Shown here in pieces: positions 29,892 through 38,713 of a stretch of 64,000 bases of DNA. Origin of the DNA: Dehalococcoidia bacterium. Lineage in GTDB: Bacteria; Chloroflexota; Dehalococcoidia; Bin125. The DNA is taken from the NCBI GenBank assembly GCA_963663235.2, contig CAXXNO010000005.1:113605-177604 (forward strand). The letters run 5' to 3'. The notes beneath the pieces were generated by a model. The model was not told the DNA's origin. It worked only from the letters and a program-made list of their open reading frames with translations, and did not search any database. The first letter of the stretch is position 1. Each line of letters starts with the position of its first letter. A program made the translations under genes and the position numbers.

Positions 29892-31426
29892 GAGCTTGGT
29901 GGCCGTGGCGGTCTCGCGTTGGACACGAAGACGCCGCCGCGTTCGTCGATGGGGGACTGCCGCCGCCCAAGCGGGACGCCTTCGCGCACCACCTCGCCCT
30001 TTGCTCCCAATGTCGGACCAGCGTGGAGGAGCATCGCCTCACCAAGGCCCTGCTCGGCGCGCTGCCCCCCGTCGCCCTTCCCCGCAGTTTCATCCTTACG
30101 CCCCAGCGAGCGGCGACGCCTCGGCCCATCCGGCCGGTGCGGGCGCCTCTCTGGCGGGATCTGGCAGGCGCCCGTCTCGCCGTAGCCGTTTCGACCCTCA
30201 CCGCGGCGGCCATGCTCGGCGCCGTCCTCGTCGATTTCCGGGACGGCGCCGGCGTGCAGAGCTCGGACGGGGGTGGGGTGAATGCTGCCCAAGCCGTCGC
30301 GCAGTTCGACACGGATCCCGCCCCAGACGCCCCGCCCCAGCCGGTTGCAACATCGCTCGAACTAATCGACTCCGCGCCCGCGCCCGCGCCCCCAAGCTCG
30401 ACCGCCCCGGCGGCTGAATCGCTGCCCGATGAGACGGACCTGCCGGTCGCTGCTGCTCCGGAGGAGGCGGACCCGCCACCTGTTGCGGAGTTGGCCCCCC
30501 TGGCCGTACCGGGGGGTGGGGGGGAAAGCGAACGCGATGCGCCTCCGCCCGATCAGTCGACGGAGACGGTGGACGCAGAGGGTACCGTGCTGGTGGCCGC
30601 TGCCGAGCCCGAGCAGAGCCTGCCGCCGTCGGAGGCTCCGGACGCCCAGGCGGGAAGCCCGGAGCCCGAGGATTCGGCCCTCGACCCGGACGCTGCGGCG
30701 GATGGGCAGGACGTCACGGAGCCCGAGGACGCCGCGGAAGCGGCAGACGCCCCGGCGGATGGGGCCCCGCCCGAGACGGACGGCGGTGCCAGCGTCGCCC
30801 AGGAGTTCGAACCCGCCGCGCAGGCGGGTGCCGACGCTGCCCCCTCCGAAACCGCGGAGCCGCCCACGCCGGCTGGCGACGCCGAGGATCTCTCGACGGT
30901 CACCTCGACATCGGACGCTGAGAATGCGACGGACGCCTCGACGTCCGATGCCCCAACACCTGAGCCCGGCGCTGCCGCTTCCACCGAGCGGGAGCCGCAG
31001 GATACGGCCGTCGCCGCGCCCGACGAGATCGAGGCCGTGGAAGAGGTCGTCGCTGCCGCTGGCCCCGGCGCTTTCGATGAAGCCGCTGACGCCGGCGATA
31101 TCGTGCCCGCACTCGATGCCGCGCCCGTCGCGCCGCCATCTGACGAGACGGCGTCCCCCGCGTCCGGCGTCGACGCTGCGCTGCCGGAGGACGCGACTTC
31201 GGCTGAAGCGCCCCCCGCGGAGGTGCAGCCGCAGGCGGAGGGGCGGCCATCTGCGGTTTCCCTTGAGCCGCAAGGGACGGCTCAAGACCGGGCGCCGCTG
31301 GCGCGGTCTGCCGGCGCGGAGTCGGACCGGCCGTGGCTCCTCCCGCTGGAGATCGCCTTGGGCGTGATCACCGTGCTGGCGCTCGCTCTCGCGCTCTGGC
31401 TGCATCGGCGCGCGCTGCCCGGCTAG
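29888..31426 (+). CDS. Zinc-binding (zf-HC2/ZAS) anti-sigma factor with two TM helices and long acidic linker
   Basis: HLALCSQC; GTGA-coupled to the ECF gene; hydrophobic segments near aa 95-115 and at the C-terminus. Confidence 0.85.
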   Translation: MRAWWPWRSRVGHEDAAAFVDGGLPPPKRDAFAHHLALCSQCRTSVEEHRLTKALLGALPPVALPRSFILTPQRAATPRPIRPVRAPLWRDLAGARLAVAVSTLTAAAMLGAVLVDFRDGAGVQSSDGGGVNAAQAVAQFDTDPAPDAPPQPVATSLELIDSAPAPAPPSSTAPAAESLPDETDLPVAAAPEEADPPPVAELAPLAVPGGGGESERDAPPPDQSTETVDAEGTVLVAAAEPEQSLPPSEAPDAQAGSPEPEDSALDPDAAADGQDVTEPEDAAEAADAPADGAPPETDGGASVAQEFEPAAQAGADAAPSETAEPPTPAGDAEDLSTVTSTSDAENATDASTSDAPTPEPGAAASTEREPQDTAVAAPDEIEAVEEVVAAAGPGAFDEAADAGDIVPALDAAPVAPPSDETASPASGVDAALPEDATSAEAPPAEVQPQAEGRPSAVSLEPQGTAQDRAPLARSAGAESDRPWLLPLEIALGVITVLALALALWLHRRALPG

Positions 31427-31508
31427 CGCAATAGCGCAACCGGCGGATAATCACCACGACGCGATGGGTCCGCTCACGCCCGCGATCCGCTTCCGGAAGG
31501 GTCAGCCT

Positions 31509-32264
31509 GTGAATATTCGACTTCGACGCAACGTTCTCGCGCTCGCCCTGCTAGGGCTCGCTGCTGTGGTGGTGGCCGCCGCCTGCACCACGGTCAAGGA
31601 GGTGGGCGGAGACCGCGGTGCGGCGGCGCGCAACATACTCTCGATTAATGGCGAGGGCCGTGTCTCGGGCGCCCCGGACGTCGCGCGGGTCGACCTAGGG
31701 GTCTCGGTGCTCCGCGATACGGTCGCTCAGGCGCAGGACGAGGCCGCCCGCGCGATGGCCGCTGTGCTCGACACTCTGCAAGACAACGGCGTCGATGAAG
31801 ACGACATCAGTACCACATCCTTCAATGTCTTCCCGGAGTTCGATTTCACCGAGCGGGGGCAGACGCTGCGCGGCTTTCGCGTGCTGAACTCCGTCTCCGT
31901 GCTCATCCGCGACATCGATTCCGCCGGCGACGTCATCGACGATGCCATCGCCGCCGCGGGCGACGACGTCGTCGTCAACAGCATCACCTTCACCATCGAA
32001 GACCCCACGCCCCTCTTGGACCAAGCCCGCGAGCTCGCGGTGGCGGACGCGCGGCGCAAGGCAGAGGCCCTCGCCGGCCTTAACGACGTCAGCCTCGGCC
32101 CCGTCGTCGCCATCTCCGAGAGCGGAGCGCTGCCGTCGGCCTCCGTCGCCTTCGACGGCCGCGGCGCCTTTGCCATCGAGCAGGCGGCATTCGCTCCCAC
32201 GCCCATCAGTGGTGGTCAGATTGAAGTCTTTCTCTCCGTCTTCGTGACCTACGCGCTGGAGTGA
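31509..32264 (+). CDS. SIMPL (DUF541) domain lipoprotein
   Basis: GEGRVSGAPDVARVDLGV, ARELAVADARRKAEALA; AAAC lipobox. Confidence 0.9.
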   Translation: MNIRLRRNVLALALLGLAAVVVAAACTTVKEVGGDRGAAARNILSINGEGRVSGAPDVARVDLGVSVLRDTVAQAQDEAARAMAAVLDTLQDNGVDEDDISTTSFNVFPEFDFTERGQTLRGFRVLNSVSVLIRDIDSAGDVIDDAIAAAGDDVVVNSITFTIEDPTPLLDQARELAVADARRKAEALAGLNDVSLGPVVAISESGALPSASVAFDGRGAFAIEQAAFAPTPISGGQIEVFLSVFVTYALE

Positions 32265-32356
32265 CGCTCAGCGATCCCGCCCCCGTGCGACAATAAGACC
32301 GCCGCAGCCGCTGGCGCCGTTCGGCGCGCCCGCGGCCCGCGGGTCCGGAGGGGGCC

Positions 32357-32941
32357 GTGATCCTGTCCGATCGCGACATCAAGCATGCCCTGACCGAGGG
32401 CCGGATCGCCATCGATCCCGATGACCGGCTGGAGGAGCGCATCGGGCCCGACTCGATCGATTTCCGCCTCGGCGCGACCTTCCTCCTCTTCGAGCGCAAC
32501 AGCGAGCCCTTCATTGACGCCCGGCGCCCCGAAACGGCGCAGGGCACCACCCGCCTGGTCACTCTGGAGGAGGGCGAGCCCTTCGTCATCCATCCCGGCC
32601 GCTTGGTCCTGGCGACCACGCTGGAGCGCCTGCGCATCGCGTCCGATCTGGTGGGCCGCCTGGAGGGACGGAGCAGTTTGGGACGGCTGGGGATCATCGT
32701 CCACAGCACGGCCTCCCTCTTTCATCCCGGCTGGGACGGCCACCCCACCATGGAGCTGGGCAACCTCGGCGTGATGCCCGTGGCCCTCTATCCCGGGATG
32801 CGGGTCTGCGCCTTCACTTTCCAGTTGTTGACCTCCCCGGCCGAGCGTCCATATGGTTGCAGCCCCGCGCACAAGTACGTCGGGCAGGAGGCGTCTTTGG
32901 CCAGCCGGATCTGGGAGGACGAATGGGAGCCGCTGCCGTGA
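32357..32941 (+). CDS. dcd: dCTP deaminase
   Basis: ILSDRDI, GRSSLGRLG, HSTA, ELGNLG. Confidence 0.93.
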   Translation: MILSDRDIKHALTEGRIAIDPDDRLEERIGPDSIDFRLGATFLLFERNSEPFIDARRPETAQGTTRLVTLEEGEPFVIHPGRLVLATTLERLRIASDLVGRLEGRSSLGRLGIIVHSTASLFHPGWDGHPTMELGNLGVMPVALYPGMRVCAFTFQLLTSPAERPYGCSPAHKYVGQEASLASRIWEDEWEPLP

Positions 32942-34602
32942 CCGTCTCGACGGCTCCGGACCCGGCTTCGGAGACCTCCGCGCCGATGCTCCGTGCCCTC
33001 ACCCTCGCCCGCTCGGTGTTGGGCTCCACCAGTCCCAATCCGGCGGTCGGAGCGGTGCTCGTCCGCCACGGCGCCATCGTGGGTGAGGGTGCTACCCAGC
33101 CGCCCGGCGGCCCGCACGCGGAGGCGGTCGCGATCCGGGCGGCCGGCTCCCAAGCTCGCGGCGCGACTCTCTACGTCACGCTTGAGCCCTGCTCCACGCG
33201 CGGGCGCACCCCGCCCTGCGTCGACGCTCTCCGCAACGCCGGCATCCGCGAGATCGTCATCGCCTCCGGCGACCCCGACCCGCGCGTCAACGGGGACGGC
33301 ATCGCTCGCCTGCGCGCCGCGGGCCTGGCCGTGCGCCTCGGAGACGGCGCTCCCGAAGCCCGCCGGCACTACGAGGCCTACTCACATCACCGCCGCACCG
33401 GCCGCCCCTTCGTGATCGCCAAGTTCGCCGCCAGCCTGGATGGGAAGATCGCCGCCGTCAGCGGTGACTCCCGCTGGGTCAGCGGGCCGGAGACCCGCGC
33501 CTGGGCGCACGCCCAGCGCGCCACCGTCGACGCCATTCTGGTCGGCGTCTCCACCGTCCTCATCGACGATCCCGCTCTCACCGCCCGCCCCGACGGCCGC
33601 GCGGGCGGCGCACCGCAGCCCCTCCGCGTTGTGCTGGACAGCACCGGCCGCACGCCCCTGACCGCCCGCCTGCTCCGCGATCAAGACATCGCGCAGACCC
33701 TGCTGCTCACGACGGCGGCCGCGCCCTCTGACTGGCGCACCCGTATCGAGGCCGCCGGCGCCACGGTGCGCGAGATTCCGGCCGAGGGCGGCCGGGTGGC
33801 GCTGGAGCCCGCGCTGGAAACCTTGGCCGGCGAGTTCGGGGTCGTCTCGCTCCTGGTAGAAGGCGGTGGCGTCGTGCACGGCGCACTGTTTGATCGCGGG
33901 CTCGTGGACAAGGTGCAGGCCGTCATCGCTCCGGTCATCATCGGTGGCGCCGCAGCCGGCGCCGTGGCGGGCGGCGGTGCTCAGCGCATGACCGATGCCT
34001 TCCGGCTTCACCAAGTCGCCGTCGAGCGCTTGGGCTCGGACGTGTTGATCAGCGGCTACCCGCACCGCAGCCGGCCCTTGCAGGAGGTGACCGTCAGGCC
34101 GGCGGGACTCGCCGACTGCGACGCCGTCCTTGCCCTCATCGATGACCCCGCCCAGCGCGATCTCCTGCAGCCGGCCGTTGCCGCCGCCTTCGCTCGCCTG
34201 GAAAACAATGCCGGCAACGTCTGGATCGCGCACCACGGCGAGGCCACCGTCGGTGCCGTCGCCCTCGCCTACTGCTGGCCGGATGACCCAGTACGCGCGG
34301 ACGGCGCCGCGACTGCCGCGATCGATCGCCTCGCCGTGAGTCGAGACTGGCGCAATGAGCCGCTCGCCGGCCGCCTACTGGACGTGGCGGAAGCATCGGC
34401 CTCTGGGCGGGGCTTCCGCTGGCTCACACTGGAGCTGGAGCCCTCCACCGACGCCACCGCCATCTCCCGCGCCGACTGGACCGCGCGCGGGTATCGCTAC
34501 TTCCGCCACTCCCGTCGCGCAACGCCGCTCCTGATTAAGGAACTCGGTGCTCCCGCCCCCGCCGACGCCGACAACGCCGCCGACGCGGCGAGTCCGGGCT
34601 AA
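32938..34602 (+). CDS. ribD: RibD deaminase/reductase with C-terminal GNAT-like domain
   Basis: TSPNPAVG, HAE, TLEPC..RGRTPPC, ASLDGKIA, LLVEGG, then ~170 extra aa. Confidence 0.92.
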   Translation: MTVSTAPDPASETSAPMLRALTLARSVLGSTSPNPAVGAVLVRHGAIVGEGATQPPGGPHAEAVAIRAAGSQARGATLYVTLEPCSTRGRTPPCVDALRNAGIREIVIASGDPDPRVNGDGIARLRAAGLAVRLGDGAPEARRHYEAYSHHRRTGRPFVIAKFAASLDGKIAAVSGDSRWVSGPETRAWAHAQRATVDAILVGVSTVLIDDPALTARPDGRAGGAPQPLRVVLDSTGRTPLTARLLRDQDIAQTLLLTTAAAPSDWRTRIEAAGATVREIPAEGGRVALEPALETLAGEFGVVSLLVEGGGVVHGALFDRGLVDKVQAVIAPVIIGGAAAGAVAGGGAQRMTDAFRLHQVAVERLGSDVLISGYPHRSRPLQEVTVRPAGLADCDAVLALIDDPAQRDLLQPAVAAAFARLENNAGNVWIAHHGEATVGAVALAYCWPDDPVRADGAATAAIDRLAVSRDWRNEPLAGRLLDVAEASASGRGFRWLTLELEPSTDATAISRADWTARGYRYFRHSRRATPLLIKELGAPAPADADNAADAASPG

Positions 34603-34608
34603 CGCCGG

Positions 34609-35205
34609 GTGTTCACCGGCATCGTCGAGGAGGTCGGAACGGTGCGGGAGGCGGAGCGCGGCGTCCTTCGCATCGCCGCCCCGCAGATCCTGGCCGACGC
34701 TCATCTCGGCGATAGCATCGCCATCAACGGCGTGGACCTGACCATCGCGGAGCGGGACGGGGAGACCTTTCTCGCCAACGTGATGCCGGAGACCTACCGT
34801 CGCAGCAACCTCGAAGCGCTCAACACCGGCGATCGGGTCAACCTGGAGCGCTCCCTCCGGCCAACGGACCGGCTCAGCGGGCACATCGTGCGCGGCGTGG
34901 TGGAGGGCACCGGCGTCCTGCTGGAGCTGCGCCCGGAGGAGGACGCCCTGATTGCGACCTACTCGGCGTCCCCGGAGCTCTTGCGCTTCATGGTGGTGAA
35001 GGGCCCGGTCTGCGTCGATGGCGCCAGCCTCACCATCGTCGCCAAATCGGACACCACCTTCTCTGTTTCGCTGGTGCAATATACTCAGCAGCACACCAAT
35101 CTCACTCAGCGGGAGCCGGGCGATCAGGTCAATCTGGAGACCGATATCCTGGCCCGCTACGTGGGGCAATTGCTGGAGGATCGCGGGCTGGGAGATCGCT
35201 CCTAG
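34609..35205 (+). CDS. ribE: Riboflavin synthase
   Basis: MFTGIVEEVG, GDSIAING, VNLER, VNLETD. Confidence 0.95.
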   Translation: MFTGIVEEVGTVREAERGVLRIAAPQILADAHLGDSIAINGVDLTIAERDGETFLANVMPETYRRSNLEALNTGDRVNLERSLRPTDRLSGHIVRGVVEGTGVLLELRPEEDALIATYSASPELLRFMVVKGPVCVDGASLTIVAKSDTTFSVSLVQYTQQHTNLTQREPGDQVNLETDILARYVGQLLEDRGLGDRS

Positions 35206-35235
35206 CCGCGCCGTCCCTCGGCGCAGCGGCTGAAC

Positions 35236-36606
35236 ATGGCAACGCGTAAGCGCACTCCGAAGTCCTCAAGCCCCCCTTCGACGGATCGCCGCCGCGGCGA
35301 CCCCTTCTGCACGGTGGAAGAGGCGATCGCCGAGTTTGGGCAGGGACGCTTCGTCATCATCACCGACGATCAAGATCGCGAAAACGAAGGCGATCTCTGT
35401 ATCCCCGCCCAGTACGTCACCCCCGAGGCGATCAACTTCATGGCCAAGTACGGCCGCGGGCTCATTTGCGTCGCCATGAGCGGCCGGCGGCTGGACCGCC
35501 TGGGCTTGCCCCTCATGGTCGGGGAAGATCACAATGACTCGCAGTTCGGAACCGCCTTCACGGTGTCGGTCGAGGCCCGCAAAGGCGTCAGCACCGGCAT
35601 CTCCGCCGCCGACCGCGCCCGCACCGTCCACGTGCTCATGGCGCCCGATAGCAAGCCCGGGGATCTCGCCGTACCGGGCCACATGTTTCCCTTGCGCGCC
35701 CGCGACGGCGGCGTGCTCGTGCGGGCCGGGCAGACGGAAGCCAGCGTCGATCTCTGCACGCTTGCTGGCCTGCACCCCGGCGCCGTCATCTGCGAGGTCA
35801 TGAAGTCCGATGGAGCCATGGCCCGGCTCCCGGACCTCGTCCGCTTCTCCCGGCGCCACGGCATCAAGATGATCAGCATTGACGAGATGATCAAGTATCG
35901 CTTCCGCACCGAGAAGCTCGTCGATCGCATCACCGATGCCACGCTCCCCACGCGCTACGGCTCCTTCCGCGTCGTCGGCTATGAGGTCCACGGCGCCCCG
36001 GATGAACACGTGGCGCTCGTGATTGGCGACCTCTCCCAGCCGGATCCGGTGCTCGTCCGCGTCCATTCCCAATGCGTCACCGGCGATGTCTTCCATTCGC
36101 TGCGCTGCGACTGCGGCGAGCAGATGGAAGCCGCCCTGCAGCGCATCGCCGAGGAGGGACGCGGGGCGTTCATCTATATGCGTCAGGAGGGACGCGGTAT
36201 CGGGCTGCACAACAAGCTGCGCGCCTACGCCCTGCAAGACGGCGGCATGGACACGGTGGAGGCCAATCTGGCGCTCGGTTTGCCCGTCGACCGCCGCGAC
36301 TACGGCATCGGGATGCAGATCTTGCGCGACCTGGGTATCTCCAGGATCCGCCTGCTCACCAACAACCCGGCCAAACGCGCCGGCCTCACCGGCTACGGCC
36401 TCGAAGTCGTGGAGCGCGTCCCCCTCACCGCCGAACCGAACCCCTACAACGCGGGCTACCTCGCTACCAAGCGTGAAAAACTCGGGCACCTCTTGGACGA
36501 TATCCCGGCGGACATGGCCAAGCCCGACGCCGACGCCGGCCCCGCACCCGCGCCCCGCAAGAAAGCGGCGCGTCCGGCCCGGCGACGTCGGACCCGGCGC
36601 ACCTAA
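35236..36606 (+). CDS. ribBA: Bifunctional DHBP synthase / GTP cyclohydrolase II
   Basis: DRENEGDL, TGISAADR, RVHSQC.TGD, RCDCG, QEGRGIGL. Confidence 0.95.
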   Translation: MATRKRTPKSSSPPSTDRRRGDPFCTVEEAIAEFGQGRFVIITDDQDRENEGDLCIPAQYVTPEAINFMAKYGRGLICVAMSGRRLDRLGLPLMVGEDHNDSQFGTAFTVSVEARKGVSTGISAADRARTVHVLMAPDSKPGDLAVPGHMFPLRARDGGVLVRAGQTEASVDLCTLAGLHPGAVICEVMKSDGAMARLPDLVRFSRRHGIKMISIDEMIKYRFRTEKLVDRITDATLPTRYGSFRVVGYEVHGAPDEHVALVIGDLSQPDPVLVRVHSQCVTGDVFHSLRCDCGEQMEAALQRIAEEGRGAFIYMRQEGRGIGLHNKLRAYALQDGGMDTVEANLALGLPVDRRDYGIGMQILRDLGISRIRLLTNNPAKRAGLTGYGLEVVERVPLTAEPNPYNAGYLATKREKLGHLLDDIPADMAKPDADAGPAPAPRKKAARPARRRRTRRT

Positions 36607-36609
36607 CCC

Positions 36610-37092
36610 ATGCCGCGCGTCTTCGACGGCAACCGCGACGCCACCGGCCTGCGATTCGCCATCGTCGCCGCCCGCTTCAACATCTTCGTGACGGAGCGGC
36701 TCTTGAACGGCGCCCTCACCACGCTGCGTGACCACGGCGCCGCCCACGACACCGTGGATGTCTTCTGGGTGCCGGGCGCCTTCGAGATCCCCCTCCTCGC
36801 CCGCACCGCCGCCGAGAGCGGCCGCTACGATGCCGTGATCTGCCTCGGCGCCGTCATCCAGGGCGAAACCGACCATTACCGCCTCGTCGCGGAGGCGGTC
36901 GCCCGCGGCGTCGCGCGTGCCGCCTGGGAGACCGGCGTCCCCTGCATTTTCGAGGTCCTCGCGGCCCCCAGCGTTGAACTCGCTGTTGCCCGGGCCGGCG
37001 GCGCGGCCGGCAACAAGGGCGAGGACGCCGCTTTGACTGCCATCGAGGTCTGTCGCGTGCTTGCCGCCGCTCGCCGCTCCGACGACGCCTAA
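36610..37092 (+). CDS. ribH: 6,7-dimethyl-8-ribityllumazine synthase
   Basis: ARFN, VPGAFEIP, GAVIQGETDH, NKGEDAA. Confidence 0.95.
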   Translation: MPRVFDGNRDATGLRFAIVAARFNIFVTERLLNGALTTLRDHGAAHDTVDVFWVPGAFEIPLLARTAAESGRYDAVICLGAVIQGETDHYRLVAEAVARGVARAAWETGVPCIFEVLAAPSVELAVARAGGAAGNKGEDAALTAIEVCRVLAAARRSDDA

Positions 37093-37178
37093 TCGGCCCG
37101 CGCCCGCCGCCCCGTCGTCGGAGATTCCCAGGCGTCTCGATGCCGGTGACCAAGGTTGATCAATCCCACGTGCCTACT

Positions 37179-37225
37179 TACAATCGCGGAGCTTCGCCCA
37201 GATTTCAGGAGATTTGCCCAGATTT
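37179..37225 (+). promoter_or_regulatory. -10 TACAAT followed by four 10-bp-phased direct repeats
   Basis: gcggagcttc gcccagattt caggagattt gcccagattt (37186-37225). Confidence 0.65.
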
Positions 37226-37919
37226 GACGTCCATCGCAACCCGATCACGCCACGCTGAAACGGACTGGCTCGGACTGGGTCAGGCCTGCCGCCTCTTGGG
37301 TGTCAACGAATCCACCCTCCGCCGCTGGGCCGATGCGGGCACGGTGCGGAGCTTCCGAACCCCCGGCGGGCACCGGCGCTTCCCCCGGGCCGAACTGCGC
37401 CGCCTCATGGCCCCGCTCCCCGCCGCGGGCGACCGCCCCCCGTTGGACGGAGAAGCGCTCCAGCACATCCGCGCTCTTCTCGATCGCCGCGACCACGACC
37501 CACAGCCCTGGCTTGACCCGCTGACCGTCGAGACCCGCGGCACTCTGGGCCGACTGGGCCGCCGGACCTTGGAGTTGGTGAGCCGCTCGGCTCATCCCGA
37601 CGCCGACGCTGACGCTGACGCTGACGCCGATGCCGACGCGCTCGCCCCGGACGCTGCGGCGCTGGGCCGCGAATACGGCCGCATCCTGCGCGGCGCTGGT
37701 CTCAGCCTGTCCGACGCGGTCTCGGCCTTCGCCTATTTCCGCCACGGGATGGCGGAGGCCGTAACGGCGCACGCCCAGGCTCTCCGCTTGCCCACCGATG
37801 CCGCCGCCGACCTCTCGGAGCGCGTGTCGGTCTTGGAGGATCAGGTGCTGGTCGCGCTGGCCGGCGAGTACGAACGTGAGACGCCGCTTGCGGAACCGGC
37901 GCCGCTCCCGGAACGCTAG
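37224..37919 (+). CDS. Xis/BldC-like (HTH_17, MerR superfamily) DNA-binding protein with helical C-terminal domain
   Basis: WLGLGQACRLLGVNESTLRRWADAG..FRTPGGHRRF; TTG start after AGGAG (ORF open from 37140). Confidence 0.85.
   Translation: MTSIATRSRHAETDWLGLGQACRLLGVNESTLRRWADAGTVRSFRTPGGHRRFPRAELRRLMAPLPAAGDRPPLDGEALQHIRALLDRRDHDPQPWLDPLTVETRGTLGRLGRRTLELVSRSAHPDADADADADADADALAPDAAALGREYGRILRGAGLSLSDAVSAFAYFRHGMAEAVTAHAQALRLPTDAAADLSERVSVLEDQVLVALAGEYERETPLAEPAPLPER
37599..37640 (+). repeat. 7 x GAYGCN hexamer encoding (DA)7
   Basis: gacgcc gacgct gacgct gacgct gacgcc gatgcc gacgcg. Confidence 0.85.
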
Positions 37920-37937
37920 GACCGGTGCACAGGGGAG

Positions 37938-38654
37938 GTGGTGGCCGTCGTGGCCTATTACCCGGTCTTTCTGGATGTCACCGACCGTCCTTGCCTCGTC
38001 ATCGGTGGCGGCGAGGTGGCTCTCCAGAAAGTGCGCGGGCTGATCGCGGCCGACGCCGCGATCACCATCGTCAGCCCCGGCCTCCACCCGGATCTCGTCG
38101 ACTTGGCCGCGCAGGGCCGGATCAACCATCTGCCCCGCAGCTACGTCTCTGGCGATTCCCAAGGCTTCGACATCGTCATGATCGCCACCGACGATCGCTC
38201 CGCCAACGCCGCCATCCGCGAGGAGAGCCGCGGGCTGGGCGCTTGGGTGAACGCCGCCGATGACCCCGCCAACTGCGACTTCATCCTGCCCTCCGTGGTC
38301 CGGCGCGGCCTCATGACCATCGCCATTTCGACCGGTGGCGCCAGCCCGGCCATGGCCCGCCGCGTGCGCGAGGAGTTGGACGCCTACTTTACCGAGGACT
38401 TTGAGCCCCTCGCCGAATTGCTGGCGGAGGTCCGCAACGACCTCAAGCGGCGCGGCCTGCTCCTCCAGATCGATCAGGAAACCTGGCAGCGCGCCATCAA
38501 CGGCCCTCTGCGCGCGCTGCTCGCCCAACGGCGCTGGGGTCAGGCCAAGGCGCTCCTCCTCTCCCGCCTGGGTGCGCCGGTTGCCCCCAACGATCCACCT
38601 CCAGAGGAATCGCTGGCGCCGCCGCTCGAACAACCGTTGAGGAAATCGTCGTGA
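37938..38654 (+). CDS. sirC: Precorrin-2 dehydrogenase / sirohydrochlorin ferrochelatase (CysG N-terminal type)
   Basis: YYPVFL, VIGGGEVA..K, VNAADDP..CDF, ISTGGASP. Confidence 0.9.
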   Translation: MVAVVAYYPVFLDVTDRPCLVIGGGEVALQKVRGLIAADAAITIVSPGLHPDLVDLAAQGRINHLPRSYVSGDSQGFDIVMIATDDRSANAAIREESRGLGAWVNAADDPANCDFILPSVVRRGLMTIAISTGGASPAMARRVREELDAYFTEDFEPLAELLAEVRNDLKRRGLLLQIDQETWQRAINGPLRALLAQRRWGQAKALLLSRLGAPVAPNDPPPEESLAPPLEQPLRKSS

Positions 38655-38713
38655 CCTTGATCGCGGCAGGCATCTCGTATCGCACGGCCTCCGTCGCTCT
38701 CGATGTCGGCTAG
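38651..38713 (+). pseudogene. hemA: Glutamyl-tRNA reductase scar (20 codons)
   Basis: GTG-TLIAAGISYRTASVALDVG-TAG resembles the HemA N-terminal G-x-S-[HY]-[RK]-T-A motif; occupies the hemA slot, GTGA-coupled to sirC and overlapping the hemC start. Confidence 0.75.

Noticed and set aside
32264-32357. FMN riboswitch before the dcd-rib operon
   Set aside because: Gap under 100 bp and no RFN consensus visible
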